Of a stretch of 64,000 nucleotides of DNA, positions 26,183 through 35,893 are shown piece by piece. A model generated the notes under the pieces. That model was not told where the DNA came from. It ran no database searches and was given only the letters and a program-made list of their open reading frames with translations. Each line of letters starts with the position of its first letter. Position 1 is the stretch's first letter. Source of the DNA: Gammaproteobacteria bacterium (GTDB lineage: Bacteria > Pseudomonadota > Gammaproteobacteria > Ga0077536); the NCBI GenBank assembly GCA_965216305.1, contig OZ244144.1:4172941-4236940 (forward strand), in the 5' to 3' direction. Made by a program: the position numbers and the translations under genes.

Positions 26183-27556
26183 ATGCGATCAACTGAACGG
26201 CAGCGCGGCGACGTCCGCGGCGGACTAAGCTTGCTCCTGGTAGCGATACTGATCGTGGGTTACCTGCAGCACTCGCATTTCGAGATGGCGCCCCCGACAC
26301 TGGATGCGCTGCGTTACGTTGATTACGCGCTCAATATACACGACCACCACGTGTTCGGATTGTCGGGTCCACGGCGCGATGTAGCGCCGCCACCGGGCAA
26401 TGCGAACAGTCCGCTGTACCCCGCGCTGCTCGCGCTGGCGATGGCGTTCGACCCCGATCTTGCGGACAGTTTGCGTTGCGCGGTCGGCGCGCGCGGCAAC
26501 ACGGCGTCGTGCCCTCACGAGTACACGACGATCGTTGTTATTCAGTGCGCGCTCGTTGTTGGCGCGATGCTCTGTTTGTGGTTTGCCGCATTACGCTTGT
26601 TTGCCCGCCATGCGCTGGCCTGGGGTGCCTGCGCGCTCGCGCTGGCTTCGACGAAGCCGATGTTCTACGCGAATCACCTGCTCACCGAGATCCTCGTGCT
26701 GTTCCTGTTCGCGGCGCTCATGGCTGCGCTCGTCGTCGTCTGTGACCGTGGCGGCGTGCGTGCCTGGGCCGCAGTCGGCGGCATCCTCGGCGCCCTGACC
26801 CTCACCCGCCCGGAATATCTCTATCTCGGCGGCGTGCTCGCGATCGCCGGTTTCGCGGCCACGCTGTGCAAGCGGGAAGACGCACGCATCACGCGATTCT
26901 CGGCTGCGATCCTGGCATTCGCGATCGTCATCGGTCCGTGGCTTGCACGTAACGAACACCACTTCGGCGTCGCCAGTGTTACGGGCGGATACGGCGATGT
27001 GATCCTCGCTTACCGCGCTGCCTACAACCGCATGAGCCTGGCCGAAGGCGCCGCGGCATTCGTCTACTGGCTGCCCGGTCATGGCGAGACACTCGCAGCA
27101 CGTTTCCTGCCGCCGGAGTTGACCGCGAAGCTTGGTACCGACCCCCACTCCTATCTCTACCATGATGGCAAGGAAATCTTCGACGCCGGCCTCGTGGCCG
27201 TTGGCGGCGAGCGCGAAAAGCTTGCGGCCTACCTGTTACGCACGGAAATCCTCGCCCACCCCGTGCGTCATCTTGCCGCGAGTGTGCCGCTCGCCTGGCG
27301 CGGCATCCTCGCCGGCAAATACCTCGCCGTGGTCGGGGTGCCGTGTCTTGCGCTGCTCGCCGTCGTCGCGCTGCGGCGGCGGCAAACCGCCGTGCTGCTC
27401 ATGTTGTTACCGGCAGCCGTCATGATCAGCCTGTATGCGGCGGTCTCGGTAAGCGTGCCGCGCTACAACGTATATCTGATCTACTACTACGGGATTGCCG
27501 TGAGCTGGGCGCTCGTGGCGCTCTGCGACCGCCATCTGGCCACATCACCGCCGTAA
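26183..27556 (+). CDS. Polytopic membrane protein, GT-C (ArnT/PMT-like) glycosyltransferase candidate
   Basis: ATG at 26183 ('MRSTERQRG...'). The 634-aa track ORF is over-extended. Multiple TM helices with a large periplasmic-loop pattern. Confidence 0.45.
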   Translation: MRSTERQRGDVRGGLSLLLVAILIVGYLQHSHFEMAPPTLDALRYVDYALNIHDHHVFGLSGPRRDVAPPPGNANSPLYPALLALAMAFDPDLADSLRCAVGARGNTASCPHEYTTIVVIQCALVVGAMLCLWFAALRLFARHALAWGACALALASTKPMFYANHLLTEILVLFLFAALMAALVVVCDRGGVRAWAAVGGILGALTLTRPEYLYLGGVLAIAGFAATLCKREDARITRFSAAILAFAIVIGPWLARNEHHFGVASVTGGYGDVILAYRAAYNRMSLAEGAAAFVYWLPGHGETLAARFLPPELTAKLGTDPHSYLYHDGKEIFDAGLVAVGGEREKLAAYLLRTEILAHPVRHLAASVPLAWRGILAGKYLAVVGVPCLALLAVVALRRRQTAVLLMLLPAAVMISLYAAVSVSVPRYNVYLIYYYGIAVSWALVALCDRHLATSPP

Positions 27557-27564
27557 CACGGCGA

Positions 27565-28629
27565 TCAATCGATGGGAGCGGCTGCGGGATGATCGTGCAG
27601 CAGGTGTTTCGATAACAGCCGATGCAGCGGCACCGTCGGCACGCTGCGTACGTCGTAGTCTATCGCGGCAAGAATAAACTGCAGACCGATGATGATCGGC
27701 AGCGCCGCGAGCATCACCGTGCCCGCCGTCGCCGCGACCCCGGCGGTTTCCGCGAGGTGCCATGCATGCGCGCCGAACGCGACGCCAAACAGCAGCAATA
27801 GCGGCCCCAGCAGCCACTGGATCGAGGCCACACTGAAGTTCCGCAGAAAGTAGCTATAGAAGATACGCTTCGAGAAATTGCCGATATGCTTGCCAATGAA
27901 AGTCGGCAGTGAAGCGAACACATCGAGGTGACTTTGCTCACTGCCATAGCACGCGTGCATCGGCACATCGATGACCACCGCGCGCAGGGTGTTGAGCCGA
28001 AATAGCATATCGGATTCGAAAAAATAATCGTTGCTGATGCGCTCCAGCGGCAACACGCGCAGCGCCGAGGCGTGAATCGCGATAAAGCCGTTAGCGGGAT
28101 CGAAAATGTTCCAGTAGCCGGACGAAAATTTGCTCACGAACGACATGACAACGTTACCGATGATCCGGTAACGCGGCATCCGGGCGATGTTCTCGAGCGA
28201 GAAAAACCGGTTGCCTTTTGCGTAATCGGCGTGCCCGGCGACGATCGGCGCCGTCAGGCTCGCGATCAAATCCGGATCCATCTGGCCGTCGCCGTCGAGT
28301 TTCACCACGATGTCGGCCCCGGCGCGCAAGGCGGCGAGGAAACCCCGCTTCGTCGCGCCACCGACGCCTTCATTGTGCCCGCTGTAGAGCACCTGAACCC
28401 GCGGATCGGGCGCCGAGGATTCCACGAGTTCCCCGGTGCGGTCGGGGCAGCCGTCGTCGACACAGATAATGTTCGCAACCAGCGCCGGGATCCGCGCGAT
28501 CACATCAAGCACATGATCGCGTTCGCGGTAGCAGGGAATGACCACCGCGATGCGGGGCGCAACCGCACTGTCGGCGGCGGCCGCGCGACCATCGAGTTGC
28601 CGCATCAGCTGCTGCGTCTCGATGGCCAT
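27565..28629 (-). CDS. Family 2 glycosyltransferase (Dpm1/GtrB-like, C-terminal TM anchor)
   Basis: 'AVVIPCYRERDHV', 'ICVDDGCPDRTGELV', 'DGDGQMDP' DXD-type motifs. Confidence 0.8.
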   Translation of the reverse strand: MAIETQQLMRQLDGRAAAADSAVAPRIAVVIPCYRERDHVLDVIARIPALVANIICVDDGCPDRTGELVESSAPDPRVQVLYSGHNEGVGGATKRGFLAALRAGADIVVKLDGDGQMDPDLIASLTAPIVAGHADYAKGNRFFSLENIARMPRYRIIGNVVMSFVSKFSSGYWNIFDPANGFIAIHASALRVLPLERISNDYFFESDMLFRLNTLRAVVIDVPMHACYGSEQSHLDVFASLPTFIGKHIGNFSKRIFYSYFLRNFSVASIQWLLGPLLLLFGVAFGAHAWHLAETAGVAATAGTVMLAALPIIIGLQFILAAIDYDVRSVPTVPLHRLLSKHLLHDHPAAAPID

Positions 28630-28656
28630 CCGGATCCCGCGATCACACCGCCGCCG

Positions 28657-29742
28657 TCAGGCGTGGACGATGACGCCGCGCGCGTTGACGCCTTTTTCCA
28701 GGTCTTCGAACGCCGCCATCGCATCGTCGAGACTGTAAGTCTTGCTGACGAGTGAATCGAGATCGAGTTTGCCCTGGCGATAGAGCTCGAGATACATCGG
28801 GAAATCGGTTTTAAAATTGACCCCGCCGTACATCGAACCCATCAGCGTTTTGGCCGTGAACACCATGATCGGCTGACGGATGGAATACTTGTCGTCGAGG
28901 CGACCTACCCCGACCACGACGATATTGCCGCCCTTGCGCGTGGCCTTGATGCACTGCTCGACGAGTTTGCCGCTGCCGACCACTTCGAACGCGTAATCGA
29001 CGCCCATGCCGCCGGTCATTTCGAAAATCTGCTTGACCGCATCGCCGTTAGGATCAATGACATCCGTGGCGCCGAACTTGCGCGCCATTTCCATTTTTTC
29101 GGTGGACAAATCGCAGGCAATGATTTTCGAGGCGCCGGCGATACGCGCGCCCTGGATCGTATTCAGACCGACGCCGCCGCAACCGAATACGGCAACCGTG
29201 GCACCGGTGGGCACGTTCGCGGTTTTGATCACCGCGCCAACCCCGGTGGAGACCCCGCAGCCGACGAGCGCGGCGGCTTTCATATCGAGTTCCTTGTCGA
29301 TCGCAATGACGCAGGCCGACGGCACCACCGCGTACTCGGCCATGAGGCCGCAGAACGACATGACGAAGATGTCCCGATCGCCCTGGTGAACACGCGTCGT
29401 GTTATCGAACAGGTTGCCGTTTTGCGGCGCCACGCTGCACAAATACGCTTCACGGTGCAGGCAATGGAAACATTCGCCGCAGCTCGGAATAAACGAAATC
29501 GCGACATGGTCGCCGGGCTTGACGTTCGTCACGCCTTCGCCAACCTGTTCGACGATGCCAGCGCCTTCATGCCCGAGCACGACCGGCAGCGGGCTCGGAA
29601 TCGTGCCGTTCGCGATCGACAGGTCTGAATGGCAGACGCCGGTTGCTTTCATTCTGACGAGGACTTCGCCGACCTTGGGCGGGTCGAGATCGACGTCCGT
29701 TACCCCGAATTTATCTATCTCATCGACAACCACTGCCTTCAT
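28657..29742 (-). CDS. Zinc-dependent alcohol dehydrogenase (class III / formaldehyde dehydrogenase-like MDR)
   Basis: 'GVCHSDLS', 'GHEGAGIV', 'GCGGVG' Rossmann motif. Confidence 0.85.
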   Translation of the reverse strand: MKAVVVDEIDKFGVTDVDLDPPKVGEVLVRMKATGVCHSDLSIANGTIPSPLPVVLGHEGAGIVEQVGEGVTNVKPGDHVAISFIPSCGECFHCLHREAYLCSVAPQNGNLFDNTTRVHQGDRDIFVMSFCGLMAEYAVVPSACVIAIDKELDMKAAALVGCGVSTGVGAVIKTANVPTGATVAVFGCGGVGLNTIQGARIAGASKIIACDLSTEKMEMARKFGATDVIDPNGDAVKQIFEMTGGMGVDYAFEVVGSGKLVEQCIKATRKGGNIVVVGVGRLDDKYSIRQPIMVFTAKTLMGSMYGGVNFKTDFPMYLELYRQGKLDLDSLVSKTYSLDDAMAAFEDLEKGVNARGVIVHA

Positions 29743-29980
29743 GCGCTAAGCCTCCTCATCGCGTCTTCATTGAATTGAATATCCGATCCGTACCCGCGTC
29801 CGCGGCGTTGCGCACACGCTGACTTTGAACCGCCCGCCATGATAACGCTAATTCGCCGGGCACGGGCTGCCCGCTGCCACCGCGGCCGGAACAGGATCTG
29901 TCGCACGCGCGCCCGGCAGCCGAAATTGCGGCCACTTGTCACGGATCTGACGGGGGTCAATCGCGTAGGATCGCAGCGCC

Positions 29981-30748
29981 ATGGGTTTCCTGCGCGCCTC
30001 TCCCACCACCCGGCACAGCTGCCGCTGCATTGCGCTGCTGCTCGTGCAATTGCTGCTCGCGGCGCCCGTTCGTGCGCAAGCCGAGCCGCAAGTGGCAACC
30101 AGCGGCGACACGCTCGTCTATCGCGGGGATCTCACGGCTGCCGGTCTGCAGCGGTTACAGACGCATTATGCCGCCACGGCGGGTGCCACACGCTGGCTCG
30201 AAATCGATTCCGGCGGCGGCGAGGTTAACGTCGCGATGGATTTCGGCGAATGGGTGTTCGCGGCGGCACTCGCCGTTCGTGTCTCGAACCGCTGCCTTTC
30301 GGCGTGCGCGAACTACGTGTTCCCGGCCGCCGTGGTCAAAGTAATAGCACCCGGCGCGGTCGTCGCCTGGCATGGTTCGGCCATCCAGGGCGCGGCGGCG
30401 AGTCGCGCCGCAATCAACGCCGTGATCGAACGCGACGTGCTGCCGGACACCGCCCCGCGCGAACGCGAAGCAACCCGCGCGCGCCTCGTCGCCTCCACGC
30501 TCGCCTATCTCACCCGCGCCGAAGCGCGTCAGACCGATTTTTTCCATCGTCTCGGGGTTGACGAACGCATTACCCGCATTGGCCTCGAACACCCGGCCGT
30601 AACAGATTTCTGGTTCGTGTCCGTTGCCACGATGGCGCACTACGGTATCGACCGCGTTGTTGCCCCGGCGAATTATCCCGCGACGGACACGAGTCGCTTC
30701 GGTCCGGGCAAGGTCGTCTACATTGAACCTGTCGGGATCGCCCCGTAA
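29981..30748 (+). CDS. Hypothetical secreted protein (signal peptide; weak ClpP/crotonase-fold-like 'DSGGGEV' motif)
   Basis: Signal-peptide-like N-terminus 'CIALLLVQLLLAAPVRAQA'. No confident family assignment. Confidence 0.45.
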   Translation: MGFLRASPTTRHSCRCIALLLVQLLLAAPVRAQAEPQVATSGDTLVYRGDLTAAGLQRLQTHYAATAGATRWLEIDSGGGEVNVAMDFGEWVFAAALAVRVSNRCLSACANYVFPAAVVKVIAPGAVVAWHGSAIQGAAASRAAINAVIERDVLPDTAPREREATRARLVASTLAYLTRAEARQTDFFHRLGVDERITRIGLEHPAVTDFWFVSVATMAHYGIDRVVAPANYPATDTSRFGPGKVVYIEPVGIAP

Positions 30749-30973
30749 CGGAGCCGCACGGCGCGAACAGGTGTGGCCGCGCGCCGGGCTTCACGCTGGG
30801 CGTCCGCGCGGGTAGTATTGTGCGATGCAATATACGTTGCCGCCGACCGCATGAACCCGCGCCGTCCACCGCCATCAGCGCACCGCAGTAGCGTGGCGAA
30901 TGCCGCGCCGGAGGCGCCGTTCACGTTCCCGCGGCAACCGCGAATTCCGCCTCGCGCGGCCGGCATGGCCTGA

Positions 30974-31804
30974 ATGTCACACCGCTACCTCGTGTTTACC
31001 GATCTCGACGGCACCCTGCTCGATCACGAAACCTACGACCACCGTGCGGCCAGCGCCGCGCTCGCGGAACTCGCGCGCCGCCACATCCCGGTGATCCCGA
31101 ACACGAGTAAAACTATCAATGAAGTGCTGGTATGGCGCGAACGTCTGGCACTCGACGGGCCGTTCATCGTCGAGAACGGCAGCGCCGCGCTGCTCCCCCT
31201 GGGTCATCCGGACTGGCACCTCGCGGGGTCGGCGAGCGGAGCCGACGAGCACGGCTTTCGTGTCGTGATTTTCGGCGCGACCGTGGCGACGATACGGGCG
31301 CAATTGCTCACCCTCGAGGTGTCACAACGATATGACTGCGACGCTTTTTCACAGCTGAGTGTGGCCGCGATCGCGGACGCCACGGGTCTCGATATCACGA
31401 CCGCGACGCAAGCCAGGGCGCGGCGATTCAGTGAGCCGCTGCTCTGGCGCGACAACGACGCGGCACTCGAACGCCTGGCGGGCGAACTCGCCGGGGTCGG
31501 TCTGCGGGTGACCCGCGGCGGGCGCTTCGTGCATGTCATCGGCGACACGGACAAGGGCGTCGCGCTGGCACGCACCGTGGGCCTGTATGCGCCGCAGGGA
31601 GCGGACGGCATCACAACAATCGCACTCGGCGACAGTCCGAACGATGCCCAAATGCTGAATGCCGCCGACATTGCCGTGGTCGTCCACAACCCGCATGCGC
31701 GTGCATGGTCGCTCGCGCGTGAATCGAGCCTATACACTAAGGCTGTCGGCCCACGCGGCTGGCAGGAAGCGTTCGACGAGTTGTTCCGTTCGCGGATCAC
31801 ATGA
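30974..31804 (+). CDS. HAD-IIB family hydrolase, mannosyl/glucosyl-3-phosphoglycerate phosphatase-like (MPGP family)
   Basis: 'LVFTDLDGTLLDHETY' HAD motif I; 'GDSPNDAQML' motif IV. Gene context: a compatible-solute synthase follows. Confidence 0.7.
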   Translation: MSHRYLVFTDLDGTLLDHETYDHRAASAALAELARRHIPVIPNTSKTINEVLVWRERLALDGPFIVENGSAALLPLGHPDWHLAGSASGADEHGFRVVIFGATVATIRAQLLTLEVSQRYDCDAFSQLSVAAIADATGLDITTATQARARRFSEPLLWRDNDAALERLAGELAGVGLRVTRGGRFVHVIGDTDKGVALARTVGLYAPQGADGITTIALGDSPNDAQMLNAADIAVVVHNPHARAWSLARESSLYTKAVGPRGWQEAFDELFRSRIT

Positions 31805-31821
31805 ACAACAGGAGCAGGTAA

Positions 31822-33045
31822 TTGGGTGACTTCTACCAGAACGGCATAATCACGACACTGCACAACCTGTCGCGGCGACCCCTCGAGGAGCTCGAAGCTG
31901 AACTCATGCGCTTCAGTCGTCAGCGACCGATGGCGCTCGTGTTGCCGTCATTGTTTTCCGAACTCGAAGGACCGGCGCTCGGGACGATAGTCGACGAACT
32001 CACGCACGTACCGTACCTCGAGCAAATCGTCATCGGGCTCGATCGCGCCGACGTCGATCAGTTCCGGCACGCACTCGACTATTTTTCGCGCCTGCCGCAA
32101 CACCACCGCGTGTTGTGGAACGACGGACCGCGCCTTAAGGCTATCGACGCGAAACTCGCCGCCGAAGGTCTTGCACCGAAGGAACTCGGCAAGGGTCGCA
32201 ACGTGTGGTATTGCTTTGGTTACATACTTGCTTCCAACCGGGTGCAGGCGGTTGCGCTGCATGACTGCGATATTCTCACTTACCAGCGCGACCTGCTCGC
32301 ACGATTGATCTACCCGATCGCGAACCCGCGCTTTAACTACGTCTTCTGCAAGGGATTCTACGCCCGCGTCGCCGACGGCAAGATCAACGGTCGCGTCTGC
32401 CGCCTGCTCGTGACCCCGCTGTTGCGCGCAATGAAAAAGATCTGCGGCCCGCTCGATTACCTCGAGTTTCTCGACAGCTTCCGTTATCCGCTCGCCGGCG
32501 AATTTTCGATGCGCACGGATGTGATCAACGACCTGCGGATCCCGAGCGACTGGGGTCTCGAGATCGGCGTCCTCTCAGAGATGAACCGCAACTACGCGAC
32601 GAACCGGATCTGCCAGGTTGATATCGCCGATACCTACGACCACAAACACCAGTCACTGTCGCCCGATGACGTGAACGCCGGCCTGTCGAAAATGAGTACC
32701 GACATCGCAAAAGCGATTTTTCGCAAACTCGCGACGAACGGACAGATCTTCTCGATGGAAACGTTCCGCAGCGTCAAGGCGACGTACTACCGCATCGCGC
32801 TCGATTTTGTCGAAACCTACTACAACGACGCAATGATCAACGGCCTCTCGCTCGACCGCCACAACGAGGAAAACGCCGTCGAACTGTTCGCCGAGAACAT
32901 CATGCGCGCGGGGAATTATTTTCTCGACAATCCGATGGACGCGCCGTTCATTGCGAGCTGGAACCGGGTTGTCTCGGCCGTGCCGAACATTCTCGAAGAT
33001 TTACGTCAGGCGGTAGAAGACGACGCCGCCGAATTCGGCGTGTAA
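31822..33045 (+). CDS. Glucosyl-3-phosphoglycerate (or mannosyl-3-phosphoglycerate) synthase-like glycosyltransferase
   Basis: 407 aa, 'MGDFYQNGIITTLHNL...' N-terminus as in GpgS/MpgS-type enzymes. Flanked by an MPGP-family phosphatase and a GH13 glucoside phosphorylase. Confidence 0.55.
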   Translation: MGDFYQNGIITTLHNLSRRPLEELEAELMRFSRQRPMALVLPSLFSELEGPALGTIVDELTHVPYLEQIVIGLDRADVDQFRHALDYFSRLPQHHRVLWNDGPRLKAIDAKLAAEGLAPKELGKGRNVWYCFGYILASNRVQAVALHDCDILTYQRDLLARLIYPIANPRFNYVFCKGFYARVADGKINGRVCRLLVTPLLRAMKKICGPLDYLEFLDSFRYPLAGEFSMRTDVINDLRIPSDWGLEIGVLSEMNRNYATNRICQVDIADTYDHKHQSLSPDDVNAGLSKMSTDIAKAIFRKLATNGQIFSMETFRSVKATYYRIALDFVETYYNDAMINGLSLDRHNEENAVELFAENIMRAGNYFLDNPMDAPFIASWNRVVSAVPNILEDLRQAVEDDAAEFGV

Positions 33046-33058
33046 GGCGACCCGGAGT

Positions 33059-34807
33059 ATGTCAGGCAGCGAGCTGAACGCGCGGGTGTGCGAACACCTG
33101 CAGCGGGTGTACCCGCACGAAGATCTCCCCGGCCTCGCCGCGCAGCTGCTCGAGGTGATGGCGCTGCAGCACGGGCAGCCCGGCGATCCGCACTGTAACC
33201 AGTGGGATGAGCGCGACGCCGTGGTCATCACCTACGGCGACACGTTCGTCGGTGGCGACGCGCATTCGCTTGCCACGCTCAGGGAATTCCTCGCACGCGA
33301 ACTCACCGGCATCGCGACGGTGGTGCATATTCTGCCGTTCTTCCCCTACAGCTCCGACGATGGCTTCGCCGTAATCGATTACAGCAGTGTGAACGAGTCA
33401 CTTGGCGACTGGGACGATATCGGCGCGATCGCCGGCGATTTCAAAGTGATGGCGGATGTCGTCATCAACCATATGTCGAGCCGCGGCCAATGGTTCGAAA
33501 ATTACAAACAGGACAAGGACCCCGGGCGCGGTTACTTTATCGAAGCACCCCTCGATGCGGATCTGTCGGCGGTTGTGCGGCCGCGTACCTCGGCACTGCT
33601 GGCACCGGTGGAAACACGCCGCGGAACGCGTCACCTCTGGTGCACGTTCAGCCACGATCAGGTGGATATGAACTTCGCGAACCCGCGGGTGCTCGTCGAG
33701 TTCGCGCGCATTCTGCGGCAATATCTCGACGCCGGCATCCGCTGGTTTCGTCTCGACGCCGTCGCCTTCCTGTGGAAGGAAATCGGAACCCCGTGCATCC
33801 ATCTGCCACAGACCCACGAAATCGTGAAACTGCTGCGGCTACTCGTGGAAACGGCCGCGCCCGGCGCCGTGATCGTAACGGAAACGAACGTCCCGAACCG
33901 GGAGAACCTCACGTACTTCGGCAATGGCAACGAAGCGCACGTGATCTACAATTTCTCGCTGCCGCCGCTGATTATCCATACCCTGATCAGTGGCGACTGT
34001 CGTCACCTGAAAACCTGGCAGATGACCATGCCGCCGGCGATGGACGGGACCGCTTATCTGAACTTCATCGCCTCCCACGACGGCATCGGCGTACGCCCGG
34101 CCGAGGGTTTGCTCAGCAACGAGGAACTCGACGATCTAATCGCGACGATGCAGCGCTTTGGCGGCGAGGTCACCTACCGCCATCTTGACGGCGCGACGCA
34201 GAAACCCTACGAAGTCAACATCGCGCTGATCGACGCACTCGCTGGCACAGTTGCCGGTGGCGCGGACGATTTGCAGTTCGATCGCTACCTCTGCGCCCAT
34301 ACGATCATGCTCGCGCTCGAGGGTATCCCGGCGTTCTACATCCACAGTCTGCTGGCAACTCCGAACGACCACGAACGGGTGGAGAATACGGGCCGGCTGC
34401 GCTCGATAAACCGGCACCAGTGGAACATCGGGGAACTCGACGAACTGCTCGGCGACCGTACCTCACTGCACAAGCGGGTGTTCGACGAAATCCGGCGCCG
34501 TCTCGCAATCCGCCAGCAACAGCGGGCGTTCCATCCAAATGCCACGCAGTACACGCTGCATTTCGGCAAGGAAATATTCGGCTTCTGGCGGCAGAGCGCG
34601 CGGCGGCAACAAAGTATCTTCGCGCTTCACAATGTCACGGACAGCGAACAGCCCATCGCGCTCACGGAGCTGAATCTGATCAATACGGAAACCTGGGTGG
34701 AACTGATCAGCGATAAGGACGTCGATGACTTACACGGCGAACTCGTGCTACCGCCGTATGGCTGCGCGTGGCTGACGAATTTCCACGCGCGGCGCGCCAA
34801 CACATAG
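33059..34807 (+). CDS. GH13 sucrose-phosphorylase-family enzyme (glucosylglycerate phosphorylase candidate)
   Basis: 'VVHILPFFPYSSDDGFAVIDY', 'FRLDAVAFLWKEIGT' (catalytic nucleophile region), 'IASHDGIG'. Confidence 0.8.
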   Translation: MSGSELNARVCEHLQRVYPHEDLPGLAAQLLEVMALQHGQPGDPHCNQWDERDAVVITYGDTFVGGDAHSLATLREFLARELTGIATVVHILPFFPYSSDDGFAVIDYSSVNESLGDWDDIGAIAGDFKVMADVVINHMSSRGQWFENYKQDKDPGRGYFIEAPLDADLSAVVRPRTSALLAPVETRRGTRHLWCTFSHDQVDMNFANPRVLVEFARILRQYLDAGIRWFRLDAVAFLWKEIGTPCIHLPQTHEIVKLLRLLVETAAPGAVIVTETNVPNRENLTYFGNGNEAHVIYNFSLPPLIIHTLISGDCRHLKTWQMTMPPAMDGTAYLNFIASHDGIGVRPAEGLLSNEELDDLIATMQRFGGEVTYRHLDGATQKPYEVNIALIDALAGTVAGGADDLQFDRYLCAHTIMLALEGIPAFYIHSLLATPNDHERVENTGRLRSINRHQWNIGELDELLGDRTSLHKRVFDEIRRRLAIRQQQRAFHPNATQYTLHFGKEIFGFWRQSARRQQSIFALHNVTDSEQPIALTELNLINTETWVELISDKDVDDLHGELVLPPYGCAWLTNFHARRANT

Positions 34808-34837
34808 TACAAACCGGGAAAACACAGACCAAATCTG

Positions 34838-35878
34838 ATGCAACTGGACAATCTGAACGTTGAGGAAATCGCACCGCTACCGTCACCCCGTGCGGTTCGC
34901 GCGGAGATACCGGCGAGTGCAGCCGCTACCGCGACGGTAGCGCGCGGACGCAGCGACATCATTGGCATTGTCGAGCAACGTGATCCGCGCGTGCTCGTCG
35001 TTGTCGGCCCCTGCTCCATTCACGATCTCGACGCCGGCCTTGTCTATGCGGAACGCCTCGCGCGCTTGCAGGAAGAAGTCGCCACGACGTTCCGACTCGC
35101 CATGCGGGTGTATTTCGAGAAGCCGCGCACCACGGTCGGCTGGAAGGGATTTATCAACGACCCCCATCTCGATGATTCTTTCGATATCGAGCACGGCATT
35201 CGCGAAGCGCGACGCTTTCTGATCCGGATCGGCGATCTCGGCCTGCCGGCCGCGACCGAAGCACTCGACCCGATCATCCCGCAATACCTCGGCGACCTGC
35301 TCAGCTGGTACGCGATTGGCGCGCGTACGACGGAATCCCAGACCCACCGTGAAATGGCGAGCGGGCTGTCGGCGCCGTGCGGTTTCAAGAACGCGACCGA
35401 CGGCAATGTCGCGATCGCGGTAAACGCGATCAGATCGGCGAATCAGCCGCATCATTTCCTCGGCATCACCGCTGACGGCACCTCGGCCGTGATCCGCACC
35501 CGCGGTAATCCGCATGCGCACCTGATCCTGCGTGGCGGCGCGGTGCCGAACTATGCGCCCGAGCACGTTGCCGCGGCCGTCACGCAACTCGCGGCGGCGG
35601 GCGTGTCGCCGGCGGTCATGATCGATTGCAGTCACGGCAATTCAAACAAGGATCCCGACGTGCAACCGGTGGTCGCGCGCGCATGCATGCAACAACGCCG
35701 CGACGGCCGCCGGGCGCTGATCGGCATGATGATAGAAAGCCATTTGCACCACGGCAATCAGACCCTCGGGACCGATCCGCGCGCGCTGCGCTACGGCGTC
35801 TCGATTACGGATGCCTGCATAGACTGGGATACCACGGCGTCACTGCTCCGCGAGCTGCATGCGGAGTTGGCGCACTGA
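34838..35878 (+). CDS. 3-deoxy-7-phosphoheptulonate (DAHP) synthase, class I
   Basis: 'RVYFEKPRTTVGWKG', 'KNATDGN', 'IDCSHGNS' class I-alpha DAHP synthase motifs. Confidence 0.85.
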   Translation: MQLDNLNVEEIAPLPSPRAVRAEIPASAAATATVARGRSDIIGIVEQRDPRVLVVVGPCSIHDLDAGLVYAERLARLQEEVATTFRLAMRVYFEKPRTTVGWKGFINDPHLDDSFDIEHGIREARRFLIRIGDLGLPAATEALDPIIPQYLGDLLSWYAIGARTTESQTHREMASGLSAPCGFKNATDGNVAIAVNAIRSANQPHHFLGITADGTSAVIRTRGNPHAHLILRGGAVPNYAPEHVAAAVTQLAAAGVSPAVMIDCSHGNSNKDPDVQPVVARACMQQRRDGRRALIGMMIESHLHHGNQTLGTDPRALRYGVSITDACIDWDTTASLLRELHAELAH

Positions 35879-35893
35879 CGGCAGCAAGCAGGC

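Noticed and set aside
25281-26300. 339-aa Arg-rich minus-strand ORF
   Set aside because: Alternative frame across the flippase-like membrane gene; extreme Arg/Ala composition; no motif.
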